A stretch of DNA of 64,000 nucleotides from positions 32,001 to 96,000 of the forward strand of contig JAYODI010000008.1 of the NCBI GenBank assembly GCA_038279365.1, written 5' to 3'. Below the pieces are notes generated by a model. The model had not been told where the DNA came from. It searched no databases and was given only the letters and a program-made list of their open reading frames with translations. A program made the position numbers and the translations under genes. Below, one piece after another: positions 48,215 through 58,462 of the stretch. How positions within the stretch are numbered: position 1 is the stretch's first letter; each line of letters opens with the position of its first letter. The DNA comes from Candidatus Latescibacterota bacterium (GTDB lineage: Bacteria; Latescibacterota; UBA2968).

Positions 48215-50085
48215 CTTATTTCCGTGGCAACCTTCACACAAATCACCACCTCGGCTTCTTTTACGGGTACAGAAAATCGCCAAGACAATCGTGTAGGTGT
48301 TGAACTTTCTTCAATCACACAATGATCAAAATCCAAAACGCCTCTGTCCGTTGTCACCCAGACCTTCAACACCGCATTTCCATCGCCAATGTACACCGCA
48401 CCATCTTCCCCCAATTGCCAGTTGGCATAGGTAATTAAGGCTGTCTCAAATGTATTGGGCACAGAATATGCCACGCGATCTGTAACCACAACCTCACCAT
48501 CTCCAGATCGTTGATATCGAAACCGCCGTGTCAATTCTAGCAAATGAGCCACATCATAAGCTGGTTTCAAATCCAAAACCAATTCATCTACATCATCGCC
48601 AAATTTTTCTTGTATCAAAACCGTCTGCGCCTGTTCACCTGCCTGTTGCAACTGTCCCGCAACAACGGGCACGGGATGCCCAAACGAGTTTAATAACCGA
48701 CTCTCATATCGATCTTTGCTAAATGTGCGATTGGTGTACACTTCTGCACCAGGATCGGTCAACAACTCTCGATTTCCCAACAAAACCGTAAACGTACCCA
48801 AGTCATTGTGATTGTGATTCACACCATTGTGCCCGCCCTTAAATGTGGCAGCCAAAAGGGGTTTCGATGATTGAATTGGGCGACAAATCAAAAACTGTAC
48901 ATCGTCAAACCAATCGCGTATGGCACCTGAAAAATCACCTTCAAATGCCTGCGTCACATCGACCTGATGAAAAAGAATAAGCAACAATTGATTGGCCATT
49001 TGAAAATGAATATGCTCAAAAGAATCAATTGGTTTTTGTGTTGTCCGATTTAATCGTTTTGCTTCCAATCGATTGTTTAACCAGTGTACAAGCCAAGGAG
49101 CCGTTTGGATATCTCTGGCACAATCTGCAAATGTTGGATAGCGTCCCATTTGAATTTCCATACGTGCACCAAATTGAGAAATGCCTTTAACAACAGGCTT
49201 TTCCAACCAATTTAGTTTTCCACGGGTCACCATCTGAAGCATTTCTGCAATTTGAAGATAGTGACCAAAACCATACCCCCAATACCCAACCCCTTCGGTA
49301 TAAAAACCACTCTTAGTAAATCCCATTTCAGAATATACAATGAGCTTCTCCACCAAAGCCACATACCAAGCCCGTTCGGACAGATCCTCTTTTAACCACA
49401 ACGCACAACCTAACAAACCAGCCAAACACACCGAATTCCAATTGTGGGTGACGGTTACCCACCAATACACATCTTTGCCCGACTCGATCCGCTCTCGAAA
49501 GGGTTTAAAAATGCGCCATTCAATTTCTGATCGAATCAAGGCACGCAATTTAGGTTTTAATCGTTCTCCCAAAAGATAATCGGCAGCAACCAAATTGGAG
49601 GCGATATGAAAGGCTGCCAAATCTGCAAACATCGTTTGCCCTTGGTATATTTCTTTGGCCATATCATTGCTGGGATGCACCCAGCTCTTTAACTGAGCAA
49701 GCCTCAAAATATCTTCTTCGATGACATCCAAATAACCACCCGTTGGCTCCAAACACTCGGCCAATGGCAACAGTGTCAAACGGGTGCGCATCACTGGTGA
49801 AACCGCATTCACATCTGCGGGGCTGTTTTTGGCCCAACACGATTCATATGTTTCATTGGTCACCATTGGGCGTGGGGTAATCTCCACAGATTCTTTCGCC
49901 ATCATCAAAATCCGTTGCCCATAAACACAGTTTCTGAGTTTTTCCCATTCCTTACGATTGTCACCTGAAACACCAAAATGAAAGGGCTCTGGCACCAACA
50001 TTGCCAAAATCTCCTGGACCCGACGATCATCAGGTGCAAAATTTTCACCATCAGGCAAATTGATATTAAAGTCGCCATATCCCAT
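48211..50085 (-). CDS. Heparinase II/III-like oligosaccharide lyase
   Basis: HNWNSVC, EGVGYWGYG, NHNHNDLGTF, TDPG, NSFGHPVP. Confidence 0.8.
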   Translation of the reverse strand: MGYGDFNINLPDGENFAPDDRRVQEILAMLVPEPFHFGVSGDNRKEWEKLRNCVYGQRILMMAKESVEITPRPMVTNETYESCWAKNSPADVNAVSPVMRTRLTLLPLAECLEPTGGYLDVIEEDILRLAQLKSWVHPSNDMAKEIYQGQTMFADLAAFHIASNLVAADYLLGERLKPKLRALIRSEIEWRIFKPFRERIESGKDVYWWVTVTHNWNSVCLAGLLGCALWLKEDLSERAWYVALVEKLIVYSEMGFTKSGFYTEGVGYWGYGFGHYLQIAEMLQMVTRGKLNWLEKPVVKGISQFGARMEIQMGRYPTFADCARDIQTAPWLVHWLNNRLEAKRLNRTTQKPIDSFEHIHFQMANQLLLILFHQVDVTQAFEGDFSGAIRDWFDDVQFLICRPIQSSKPLLAATFKGGHNGVNHNHNDLGTFTVLLGNRELLTDPGAEVYTNRTFSKDRYESRLLNSFGHPVPVVAGQLQQAGEQAQTVLIQEKFGDDVDELVLDLKPAYDVAHLLELTRRFRYQRSGDGEVVVTDRVAYSVPNTFETALITYANWQLGEDGAVYIGDGNAVLKVWVTTDRGVLDFDHCVIEESSTPTRLSWRFSVPVKEAEVVICVKVATEIS

Positions 50086-50133
50086 ATTACACCCATCCCA
50101 TATGATTAAAAGTTGGAAAATTCATACCGCACA

Positions 50134-51255
50134 TCAAAACAACTGTAAGGGATATTGGGTTAAATTTTTGACGCCATTATCCGTTACCAAAAATGTGTTC
50201 TCCAATCGAATCCCCCCATTCAACTCGGCACTGTAGGCACCCGGTTCACAAGAAAACACATTCCCCACTTCAAAAATGCCTTCACGGTCTCGGTTTAGAT
50301 CGGGTGGTTCATGTGCCCGAATTCCCACACCATGACCGGCATGATGAATAAGCCCAATCTCCGTTAAATGTTCATGCTCACGAATACGTGCATCAATGAT
50401 TTGCCACAATTCAGTTCCCTTGCCACCCGGTTTCACCAAATTGGGCACATCTTCTAATATTGTTTTGAGCAATTCATATACCGATGCTTGCAAATCGGTT
50501 GGCTCACTCACCGCAAATGTACGACACAAATCAGACCAATACCCATGATATTCGGTTTGTGCATCAATAATATACAATTCACCAGCTTCAATTTTGCGAT
50601 CTCTGGCAGGGCCACCCAATTGGGCACATTGATAATCGCCTCCATGATGCAAAACAAATCCCGCCTCATGGAGGGCCACTTGCTGACCTGCTGCCAACAC
50701 ATCCAACTCATTCACACCAGGCGCAATGACTTCTTTTACCCGATCATATGCCCGCAAGTTCACCTCAATTGCCTTTTGCAACAATGCCACTTCGTCGGCA
50801 TCCTTTTTTACCTGTTGGGATACCAACAAATCGTCGATGGGTACCCAGCTGGTATCTAAAACATTTGTCAGTGTATCGGCAAGCAACTTTGGCAGTGCTT
50901 CTTGTTGCCACCCCAAACGCGAAACTTTTTTACAGTTTTGCAAACGTTTGGCCACCACAGCATTCAGACCACGCATGGGATCTGGGTTCATTGTATACAT
51001 CACCTGAGAGGCATACACCACCCGTTCATCAACTGCGGCATCTCCTTGGTCGGTATTGGCCGCAAGCCAGGTCTCCCCATCTGTTTCCAAGTACAATAGT
51101 GCAGGAAAATAAAAAGAGGGATATCCCGACAACCATACACCCGTTAAATAATAGATGTCTCGATGATCTGTTATCACCACCGCATCAATGCCTTCATTTG
51201 CCAAATTTTTTCTAAAACGTGCTTGTCTTTCCCAACATCCTTTGACCGTTAACAT
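50134..51255 (-). CDS. Xaa-Pro peptidase family (M24)
   Basis: YYLTG, IID, YWSDLCRT, HHAGHGVG, HEPP, EPG, IRLEN. Confidence 0.9.
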   Translation of the reverse strand: MLTVKGCWERQARFRKNLANEGIDAVVITDHRDIYYLTGVWLSGYPSFYFPALLYLETDGETWLAANTDQGDAAVDERVVYASQVMYTMNPDPMRGLNAVVAKRLQNCKKVSRLGWQQEALPKLLADTLTNVLDTSWVPIDDLLVSQQVKKDADEVALLQKAIEVNLRAYDRVKEVIAPGVNELDVLAAGQQVALHEAGFVLHHGGDYQCAQLGGPARDRKIEAGELYIIDAQTEYHGYWSDLCRTFAVSEPTDLQASVYELLKTILEDVPNLVKPGGKGTELWQIIDARIREHEHLTEIGLIHHAGHGVGIRAHEPPDLNRDREGIFEVGNVFSCEPGAYSAELNGGIRLENTFLVTDNGVKNLTQYPLQLF

Positions 51256-51404
51256 AACTTCCGTCCTTTCACCATAAATTTTGCATCTAAAATTCGCTTT
51301 CTATCTATGCTTAATTTGTGCATGATAAAGGCCACAGAAACAACGTCAAGCTTTTAAATGAAGTGTTCACGCCCATATCTGTTTTCATCCCATTTGGAGG
51401 TTGT

Positions 51405-52607
51405 ATGCAAACACCACACATTACCGTTGGCCTTAAAAATGCCGACATAATGGGCAATGACAACCGCGCCCTACAAGCGGCCGTCGATTATATTTCAGCA
51501 TTGGGTGGTGGTACCGTTGAAATCCTTTCGGGCACATATCTCATGTACAACTCTTTGCACCTTCGCAGCAACATTACCCTTCGTGGCCAAGGCGAGAAAA
51601 CCATTCTCTATAAAGCCGATGCAGCAGAAAGCCCCCTCGTTCTTGATGGCGATTTTGGCGAAGAACAAATCACCCTTCAAAACACCGAAGGTTTTGAAGT
51701 GGGTTATGGTGTGAGCATTACAGATGATCGCAATGGCGGTTTCCACACGGCTGTGGGTACCCTCATTTGGCAAGACGAAAACACATTTGGTGTCAATGTG
51801 CCCATGGGGGGCGATTACATGGTTCACAACAAGGCGCGCGCGGCCACCACATTTCCCGTTATCAGTGGATACCATTTGGAAAATGCCCACATCACAAACC
51901 TCACCATTGATGGCAACAAAGACAACAACCCCATGCTCAACGGCTGTCGTGGCGCGGGTATTTTTCTCTATCGGGGGCACCACACCATTATTGCAAACTG
52001 CACCGTCAAAAATTATCATGGCGACGGCATCAGCTTCCAACAAAGTCAATATGTAACCGTGGAATCCTGCACATGCATCGGCAACACGCACTTGGGCCTT
52101 CATCCAGGCAGTGGCAGCCAAAACCCCACCATTCGCAATTGCCACTCTGAAAACAACGGACGCATTGGGCTTTTTCTGTGCTGGCGCGTGAAATATGGTG
52201 TTTTTGAAAACAACACACTCATCGGCAACGGCGAAACGGGCATTTCGATTGGGCACAAAGACACAGACAACACATTTAGAGAAAACAAAGCCATAGGCAA
52301 CAAGCGTGAAGGCATTCTCTTTCGCAACGAATCTGAAGCCATGGCAGGACACCGCAATACATTTATTGACAATGAAATTGTTGACAATGGCTCCGAAGAA
52401 GAAGGTTATGGAGTTCGCATTTTAGGCGAAACCCATGACCTGACCTTTACCAACAACCGCATCGGCAACAAAAATTCTACCCATCAAAAAATAGGCATAT
52501 TTATTGGTGAAAAGGCCGATCTCATTACCCTCGAAGAAAATGATTTATCAGGAAACCTCCACACAGAAATAGAAGACACGCGTTTGGCCACAAAGGATGT
52601 GAAATGA
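51405..52607 (+). CDS. Right-handed parallel beta-helix protein (pectin lyase-like)
   Basis: ALQAAVD...GGGTV, LRSNITLRGQG, repeated N-x-x-GI beta-helix rungs. Confidence 0.85.
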   Translation: MQTPHITVGLKNADIMGNDNRALQAAVDYISALGGGTVEILSGTYLMYNSLHLRSNITLRGQGEKTILYKADAAESPLVLDGDFGEEQITLQNTEGFEVGYGVSITDDRNGGFHTAVGTLIWQDENTFGVNVPMGGDYMVHNKARAATTFPVISGYHLENAHITNLTIDGNKDNNPMLNGCRGAGIFLYRGHHTIIANCTVKNYHGDGISFQQSQYVTVESCTCIGNTHLGLHPGSGSQNPTIRNCHSENNGRIGLFLCWRVKYGVFENNTLIGNGETGISIGHKDTDNTFRENKAIGNKREGILFRNESEAMAGHRNTFIDNEIVDNGSEEEGYGVRILGETHDLTFTNNRIGNKNSTHQKIGIFIGEKADLITLEENDLSGNLHTEIEDTRLATKDVK

Positions 52608-53716
52608 CAGATCCACGCATTGCACAAATTGCTGAGGTAATTATCCGTTATTCGCTCAACATTCAACCCGGTGAAAAATTGGCCATTCGGGGCAACAGTT
52701 TGGCCGAACCCCTCATCAAAGAAGCCTATCGTGCGGCCATTCGAGCAGGTGCCCATGTCGTGACACTAATTACGCTTCCTGGCCTTCAAAAAATATTTAT
52801 GGACGAATCCAACGATGATCAGCTCAATTGGATCAGTCCTTTTTCACAAACAGTCACCGAAGAATTTGACGCCCTGCTTGCCATTCAGTCTGAAAGCAAC
52901 ACACGAGAAGGTACGGGTTTTGACCCCGTCAAACTCGCCAAGCTTTCCAAAACAAACCAGCCTTTGCAAAATCGTTTTTTTGAACGTTCCGCCCAAGGGA
53001 CATTCAAATGGTGTGCCACCTTGTTTCCCACTCCGGCCCATGCCCAAGATGCCGACATGGCCTTAGAAGATTATGAAAACTTCGTTTTTAATGCTTGTCT
53101 ACCCGACAGAGAAAACCCCATTGCTTTTTGGCAAAAAATGGAGCACAGACAAAACCGGTTAATTGAGTTTCTCAACTCCGTAAAAGAAATTCGCCTCAAA
53201 GCAAAAGATACCGATTTAACCGTCCAAGTAGAAGGTCGCAAGTGGATCAATTGCTCGGGTCACGAAAATTTTCCTGACGGCGAAGTGTTCACGGGCCCCA
53301 TCGAAAACAAAACAGAAGGCCATGTGCGTTTCACGTATCCTGCCGTTCACATGGGCAATGAAGTCGTCAACGCCCAGTTGTGGTTTGAAAAGGGCCGTGT
53401 CGTAAAAGCCAAAGCAGACAAAGGGGAAGACTTTCTCCTCGAAATGCTCGACCGCGATGAAGGTGCACGCGTTTTAGGCGAATTTGCCATTGGTACCAAC
53501 CCAGGCATCCAAACCTTCACCCGCAACACCCTCTTCGACGAAAAAATCCAAGGCACCGTTCATATGGCCGTGGGCATGTCTTATCCTGAAAGTGGTGGCA
53601 AAAACCATTCCCAAATCCACTGGGATATGGTCTGTGAAATGCGCGAACAAGGTCAACTGTTTGCCGACGGCAAACTCATTTATGAAAAAGGTGCATTTAC
53701 AATCGATTTTGAATAA
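52604..53716 (+). CDS. Aminopeptidase, M29 (AmpS/AmpT) family
   Basis: NFPDGEVFTGP, GEFAIG, LFDEKI, HMAVG, SQIHWDM. Confidence 0.93.
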   Translation: MTDPRIAQIAEVIIRYSLNIQPGEKLAIRGNSLAEPLIKEAYRAAIRAGAHVVTLITLPGLQKIFMDESNDDQLNWISPFSQTVTEEFDALLAIQSESNTREGTGFDPVKLAKLSKTNQPLQNRFFERSAQGTFKWCATLFPTPAHAQDADMALEDYENFVFNACLPDRENPIAFWQKMEHRQNRLIEFLNSVKEIRLKAKDTDLTVQVEGRKWINCSGHENFPDGEVFTGPIENKTEGHVRFTYPAVHMGNEVVNAQLWFEKGRVVKAKADKGEDFLLEMLDRDEGARVLGEFAIGTNPGIQTFTRNTLFDEKIQGTVHMAVGMSYPESGGKNHSQIHWDMVCEMREQGQLFADGKLIYEKGAFTIDFE

Positions 53717-53750
53717 CACAAGTCCTATCAGGTTTGCCAATCATCAAAAC

Positions 53751-53785
53751 AAAAAAGACGCACAGTTATTCGATGCGTCTTTTTT
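53751..53785. terminator. Bidirectional terminator
   Basis: AAAAAAGACGCA-loop-TGCGTCTTTTTT between convergent genes. Confidence 0.8.
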
Positions 53786-53815
53786 ATGTGTGGAACAGGT
53801 TTCCATATTTATCAA

Positions 53816-55309
53816 CTAAAGATCGACCAACCTCGGTTGTTGTTTGCCTTTGCCACCGTGTAAATACGCATCCCCTTCAGTGGGCCAGCGCATGCCATAG
53901 TGACGGCTTCTTTGGCGTTTATAACCTGCATTGTAATAATTGCTCGTGGCCATCCAACTGAGCAAGCGCATCAACATACCCGACTTCACCTCAAACGCTT
54001 CAGGCTTGTTCCACAAATTCCAGAGTTCACCAGCATCTGCGTCTAAGTCATACAACTCCCCTTCTTCTTGCCCAATATAATACACCAATTTGTGCGTTTG
54101 TGACCGCATCATGATCTGGTAATTGTCCTCACAAAAAACAAACTCACGAGGGTTTACATTTTCACCTTTTAGATAAGGCATTAAAGAGCGCCCTTCCAAA
54201 TACGTGGGCACATCAATTCCTGCGGCCTCCAATATCGTGGGCCCCAAATCCATCAATGAAACCAAATCGGTTGTTTCGCCTGGTTTTTGAACCGATTTGG
54301 GATAACGAATCATCAACGGAATATGCACAATCGAATCATACATCAACCACTTATACGCCAACCCATGGTCACCCAACATTTCGCCGTGGTCTGAACAAAA
54401 TATAACCATCGAATTTTCCAACCATCCACGACTTTCCAATGCGTTCATCACCCGTCCGACCTGTTCATCTACCGTTGTAATCTTTGCAAAATAGTGTCTT
54501 TTCATATGCTCTATTTCTTCATCTGTGCGCCCACGCAAATCAATTTGAGACTCATGAGCTGTGGTGGCATGCATGTCCAAGTGCGCCAGATGCTGAGGGG
54601 GTTTTTCATCTAACTCACCCTCTCGCTTCACACATGGTGGCATCTCCTTGTCCCGATACATATCCAAATGCCGTGGCAAAGGGTCCCAAGGCTCATGTGG
54701 CCCCGTTAGGCCAACTTCCAAAAAGATCGGTTTCTGACCTCGATAATTGTTAATCCAACTCACTGCCGAATCGCCAATAAAAACATCGCTATGAAACCGT
54801 TCTTCTTCATGCCACACCACACCTTGGCATTTCTTGAGCCAATCGGGGTCTGCCTGATTGCGATCATTGGGGCGCGTAATGCCATAAAAACTCATATAAC
54901 GCCCCCAATCATCATCTGCCCCACCATTGGCATGGGTTTTATTGGTTGGGTTTTCAACAATAACCCGTTCTTGAAACCCACCCGGAATGTCGCGTGGTGA
55001 TAAATGCATTTTGCCAATGTTCACACACCAATACCCATGATCTGACAAATCTTGAACCCAATTGCGATGCTCTCCCCAATGGTCAAAACTATAAACACCA
55101 GTGGTATGTGGATACATCCCTGTAAAAATTGCCGCACGAGAGGCCACACATGTAGCTCCTGGGCAAAAGGCCTGGCGAAAAGACAAACTTTCAGAGGCCA
55201 GGCGATCCATATGGGGTGTGATCATATGACCATATCCCCAAGCTCGAATGGTATCAAAACGCTGTTGATCAGTCACTATCATGACAATATGGGGTTTTCC
55301 GTCAAACAT
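53816..55309 (-). CDS. Formylglycine-dependent sulfatase (Cys-type)
   Basis: TDQQR, TPHMDRLA, CVASRAAIFTG, GKMH, PHEP, SDHGEMLGDHG, ELYDL. Confidence 0.92.
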   Translation of the reverse strand: MFDGKPHIVMIVTDQQRFDTIRAWGYGHMITPHMDRLASESLSFRQAFCPGATCVASRAAIFTGMYPHTTGVYSFDHWGEHRNWVQDLSDHGYWCVNIGKMHLSPRDIPGGFQERVIVENPTNKTHANGGADDDWGRYMSFYGITRPNDRNQADPDWLKKCQGVVWHEEERFHSDVFIGDSAVSWINNYRGQKPIFLEVGLTGPHEPWDPLPRHLDMYRDKEMPPCVKREGELDEKPPQHLAHLDMHATTAHESQIDLRGRTDEEIEHMKRHYFAKITTVDEQVGRVMNALESRGWLENSMVIFCSDHGEMLGDHGLAYKWLMYDSIVHIPLMIRYPKSVQKPGETTDLVSLMDLGPTILEAAGIDVPTYLEGRSLMPYLKGENVNPREFVFCEDNYQIMMRSQTHKLVYYIGQEEGELYDLDADAGELWNLWNKPEAFEVKSGMLMRLLSWMATSNYYNAGYKRQRSRHYGMRWPTEGDAYLHGGKGKQQPRLVDL

Positions 55310-55476
55310 AACATCCCTCTCATTTTAATGGTGGTTGTCATTCTTATGGCAAAATAAATCTGCTCACCCATTCTTCAAACCAAAAAGCGCACAGGTCAAA
55401 AACTCATTGACCGCCCATTCTTCCCCCCCCATCTTAGGGCGTTCACAATCAATCTCAAACAGATGAGGAGCAAAAG

Positions 55477-56373
55477 ATGGAATGGAAATTTGAAGTGGTT
55501 GCTGGCCCCTATGCTTTTACAGAAGGCCCCATTTGGAAAGAGGGTGGTATTTTATTTACAGACATTCCCAACAGCCGCATTATGCGCTATGATCCCAAAA
55601 CGGGAAAGTGTGACGAATTCCGCACCAGCACCAATGGCGCCAATGGGTTGGCATTGGACAAAGAAAATCGGGTTTATGCGGCAGAAGGCACATTTCTTCC
55701 CACGGCCAAAAAATTTGTAGATGGCCCAGGCCGTCGCATTGCGCGCTATGAATCTGATGGCAGTACCACACCCATTGCCGAAACATTTGAAGGCAAACGC
55801 TTCAACAGCCCCAATGACCTCACCATAGATGCCAAAGGCCGGGTTTGGTTTACCGACCCTCGCTATGGGGAAGATCGTTCTTGTATGGAACTCGATCATG
55901 AATCGGTCTATCGTGCCGACCCTCAATCAGATGGCACCTATCACGTCTCTCGCGTCACCTTTGACACCACGCGCCCCAATGGCCTCATTGTCACCCCCGA
56001 CATGAAAACCCTCTATGTGGCCCAAAGTGACGTTGGCGCAACCACCATTCGCGAACTGCGTGCTTACCCCATAAACGACGATGGATCAACGGGCAAATAT
56101 GAAGTGCTTCACAACTTTGGCCCCCATCGCGGCATTGATGGCATGACCTTAGATGAAAACTTAAACATTGTGGCCAGTGCAGGATGGCCAACAAGTGGCC
56201 CAGGGCCCATGATCTATGTCTTTAATCCCAAAGGCCGTGTGCTTGAAACACACCCCTTCCCCATCAACCCCACCAACTGCATTTTTGGTGATGACGATCT
56301 CTCATCGCTTTATGTTACAGCTTCCGATGGCAAACTCTACCGCGCCAAAACCCACCGAAAAGGATTGGCCTAA
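55477..56373 (+). CDS. SMP-30/gluconolactonase/LRE family protein
   Basis: FTEGPIW, FTDIP, NSPNDL, FTDP, PNG, DGM, PTNCIFG. Confidence 0.93.
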   Translation: MEWKFEVVAGPYAFTEGPIWKEGGILFTDIPNSRIMRYDPKTGKCDEFRTSTNGANGLALDKENRVYAAEGTFLPTAKKFVDGPGRRIARYESDGSTTPIAETFEGKRFNSPNDLTIDAKGRVWFTDPRYGEDRSCMELDHESVYRADPQSDGTYHVSRVTFDTTRPNGLIVTPDMKTLYVAQSDVGATTIRELRAYPINDDGSTGKYEVLHNFGPHRGIDGMTLDENLNIVASAGWPTSGPGPMIYVFNPKGRVLETHPFPINPTNCIFGDDDLSSLYVTASDGKLYRAKTHRKGLA

Positions 56374-56376
56374 AGT

Positions 56377-56407
56377 AAAAGGCGACATCGTTGTGATGTC
56401 GCCTTTT
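56377..56407. terminator. Bidirectional terminator
   Basis: AAAAGGCGACATC-GTTGT-GATGTCGCCTTTT. Confidence 0.88.
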
Positions 56408-56413
56408 TGCTTT

Positions 56414-57412
56414 TTAAGATCCATCTACAATGGCATCCTTCCGCTTATAGGCCTTAGAATACAACCCACATTCGGCCATTCGCATTTGAAAATATTGCCT
56501 CCCCAAACCGCTTTCTTGTGCGGCCACAGTTACATTCCCTTGGCTGCGCAACAGTTGTCGGTGCAAATATTCATACATAAACTTTTGCAAGTGTAATTTA
56601 CGTGCATCTTTAAAGGGCAAGCCATATACATCTTCACCACCCTTTGCTTCTCTGATGTGATGGGCCAAACACGTTTCATCTATGTTTTCTTGATCTACCA
56701 TCACCTGCAAACGCGCAATTTCATGTTGCAATTCGCGCACATTGCCTGGCCAATCGTAGCCCATTAGCCCAGCATATGCAGAAGGCGTCAATGCTTTACA
56801 ACGTCCTACCCGTTGATAAAGAGAGCAAAAATGATTCACCAACAATGGAATATCGCTCAAACGGGCGCGAAGGGGTGGAATCGTTAGGGGGACAACTTGA
56901 AGGCGGTAATACAAATCGGCACGAAATTTTTTTTCTTGGACCAAAGCCGCAAGATCGCGATGTGTTGCGGCGATCACACGCACATCCACCCGCTGTAATT
57001 GAGAGGCCCCCAAGGGACGATACACCCCTTCTTGTATCAAGCGCAACAACTGGCATTGTAAGTCTAAGTCTAATTCACCCACTTCATCTAAAAAAAGGGT
57101 GCCCCCATCGGCTTCGGCCACCAAACCCCGCCGGGCCTGAAGCGCCCCCGTAAAAGCACCTCGCACATGCCCAAACAACTCACTTCGCGCTGTTTCGGTG
57201 GCCAAAATGCCACAATCAACCACAACCAAACGTCTATTTCTGCGATGACTCTCGGCATGAATAAAACGTGCTAACAGTTCTTTTCCCGTACCCGTTTCAC
57301 CAAAAATTTGAACGGGCAAATCGCTGTGAGCAACTTTGCGAGCAAGCCTAAAAGTTTCCTTTATCAGTGGGTGTTCCCCAACCACAACGCTTCCAGACTT
57401 CATATCTTGCAT
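56414..57412 (-). CDS. sigma54-dependent enhancer-binding protein without an N-terminal sensor domain
   Basis: GETGTGKE, ELFGH, GAFTGA, LFLDEVG, AATHRDL, FRADLYYRL, WPGNVREL, C-terminal Fis-type HTH. Confidence 0.93.
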   Translation of the reverse strand: MQDMKSGSVVVGEHPLIKETFRLARKVAHSDLPVQIFGETGTGKELLARFIHAESHRRNRRLVVVDCGILATETARSELFGHVRGAFTGALQARRGLVAEADGGTLFLDEVGELDLDLQCQLLRLIQEGVYRPLGASQLQRVDVRVIAATHRDLAALVQEKKFRADLYYRLQVVPLTIPPLRARLSDIPLLVNHFCSLYQRVGRCKALTPSAYAGLMGYDWPGNVRELQHEIARLQVMVDQENIDETCLAHHIREAKGGEDVYGLPFKDARKLHLQKFMYEYLHRQLLRSQGNVTVAAQESGLGRQYFQMRMAECGLYSKAYKRKDAIVDGS

Positions 57413-57540
57413 CTGAGCCCCCTTCAGATGAAAAATGCACCATAAACAGCATTCAAAATAACCTCCATTAGAATACGCCCAACAGCACCCATGATGCAAG
57501 ATTCAAATATTCCGCGCAGGTCTACTTTATCCGCTCTCGT

Positions 57541-58257
57541 CTACAAAATGATATCATCGGGGCGGTGCAATTGACGAAATCGCTTTGGAGATTCATTGAC
57601 CACCCGCTGAAACACTTCACTCAACCGACTCTGATTTTTAAACCCACACAACTCTGCCACAACATAGATTGGCTCATTGGTATACAACAACAAGTTCTTT
57701 GCTTTTTCAACCCGATGATGGGCCAATCGGTCAGTAAATGTTGCCCCTAAGTCCTTAAACAATTTCCAAATATAGCTTTTAGACAATCCAAAGTGACCCA
57801 TAACGGTCTGAAGCGTCAAATCTTTTCGGGTCAAATTGGCAATCAAATAGGCATCCAAGCGATCGGCCAATACATGTGTCGTTACTGGCTGACGCGCAGA
57901 AATAAACGATGCCACTTTTTCAATAAACTGTTTCTTTTTAATTGGCTTTTGAATAAAGTCCTTGGCTCCCTTATGCATAGCTTCAACAGCCCGAGGCACC
58001 GTTCCAAAAGCCGTTAGAATCAAAACATCGGTATTTATTTTTTTCTTTATAAGTGCATCAAGCACACCAAAACCATCCAATTGTGGCATTTGAATATCTA
58101 AAACTGCAACATCAAATGACCCTTCAATTAGACGGTTTAAGGCTATGTGCCCATCAGAAACAGCCTCAACATGCCACGGTTGCCCCTCTAAGAAACCACT
58201 TAAAGCAGACAATATTAAAGGTTCGTCATCTGCAATAAGCACACGTGGTTGTGTCAC
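57541..58257 (-). CDS. Response regulator: receiver domain plus AraC HTH
   Basis: LIADDE, VLDIQMPQLDG, LTAFG, FIQKP; then RVEKAKNLL, VAELCGF, SPKRFR. GTG start after AAGGGGG. Confidence 0.9.
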   Translation of the reverse strand: MTQPRVLIADDEPLILSALSGFLEGQPWHVEAVSDGHIALNRLIEGSFDVAVLDIQMPQLDGFGVLDALIKKKINTDVLILTAFGTVPRAVEAMHKGAKDFIQKPIKKKQFIEKVASFISARQPVTTHVLADRLDAYLIANLTRKDLTLQTVMGHFGLSKSYIWKLFKDLGATFTDRLAHHRVEKAKNLLLYTNEPIYVVAELCGFKNQSRLSEVFQRVVNESPKRFRQLHRPDDIIL

Positions 58258-58462
58258 AATAGCCCCCTTAATCCCGGCCAAACCTTTTATTTAAAAAAAT
58301 AACCACTGCTCCGAATATATTTTTTAATAAAATGCATTCTAATTTCATGTGCAAGTCCAGAAATCTCTTCTTTTTCTTGAGCATATTAAGAAATAGTTGT
58401 AACCTTTGACATTCTATTGTACTATATACCCGTTTTTTTTCATTCTTATAGAGACCCAAGAC

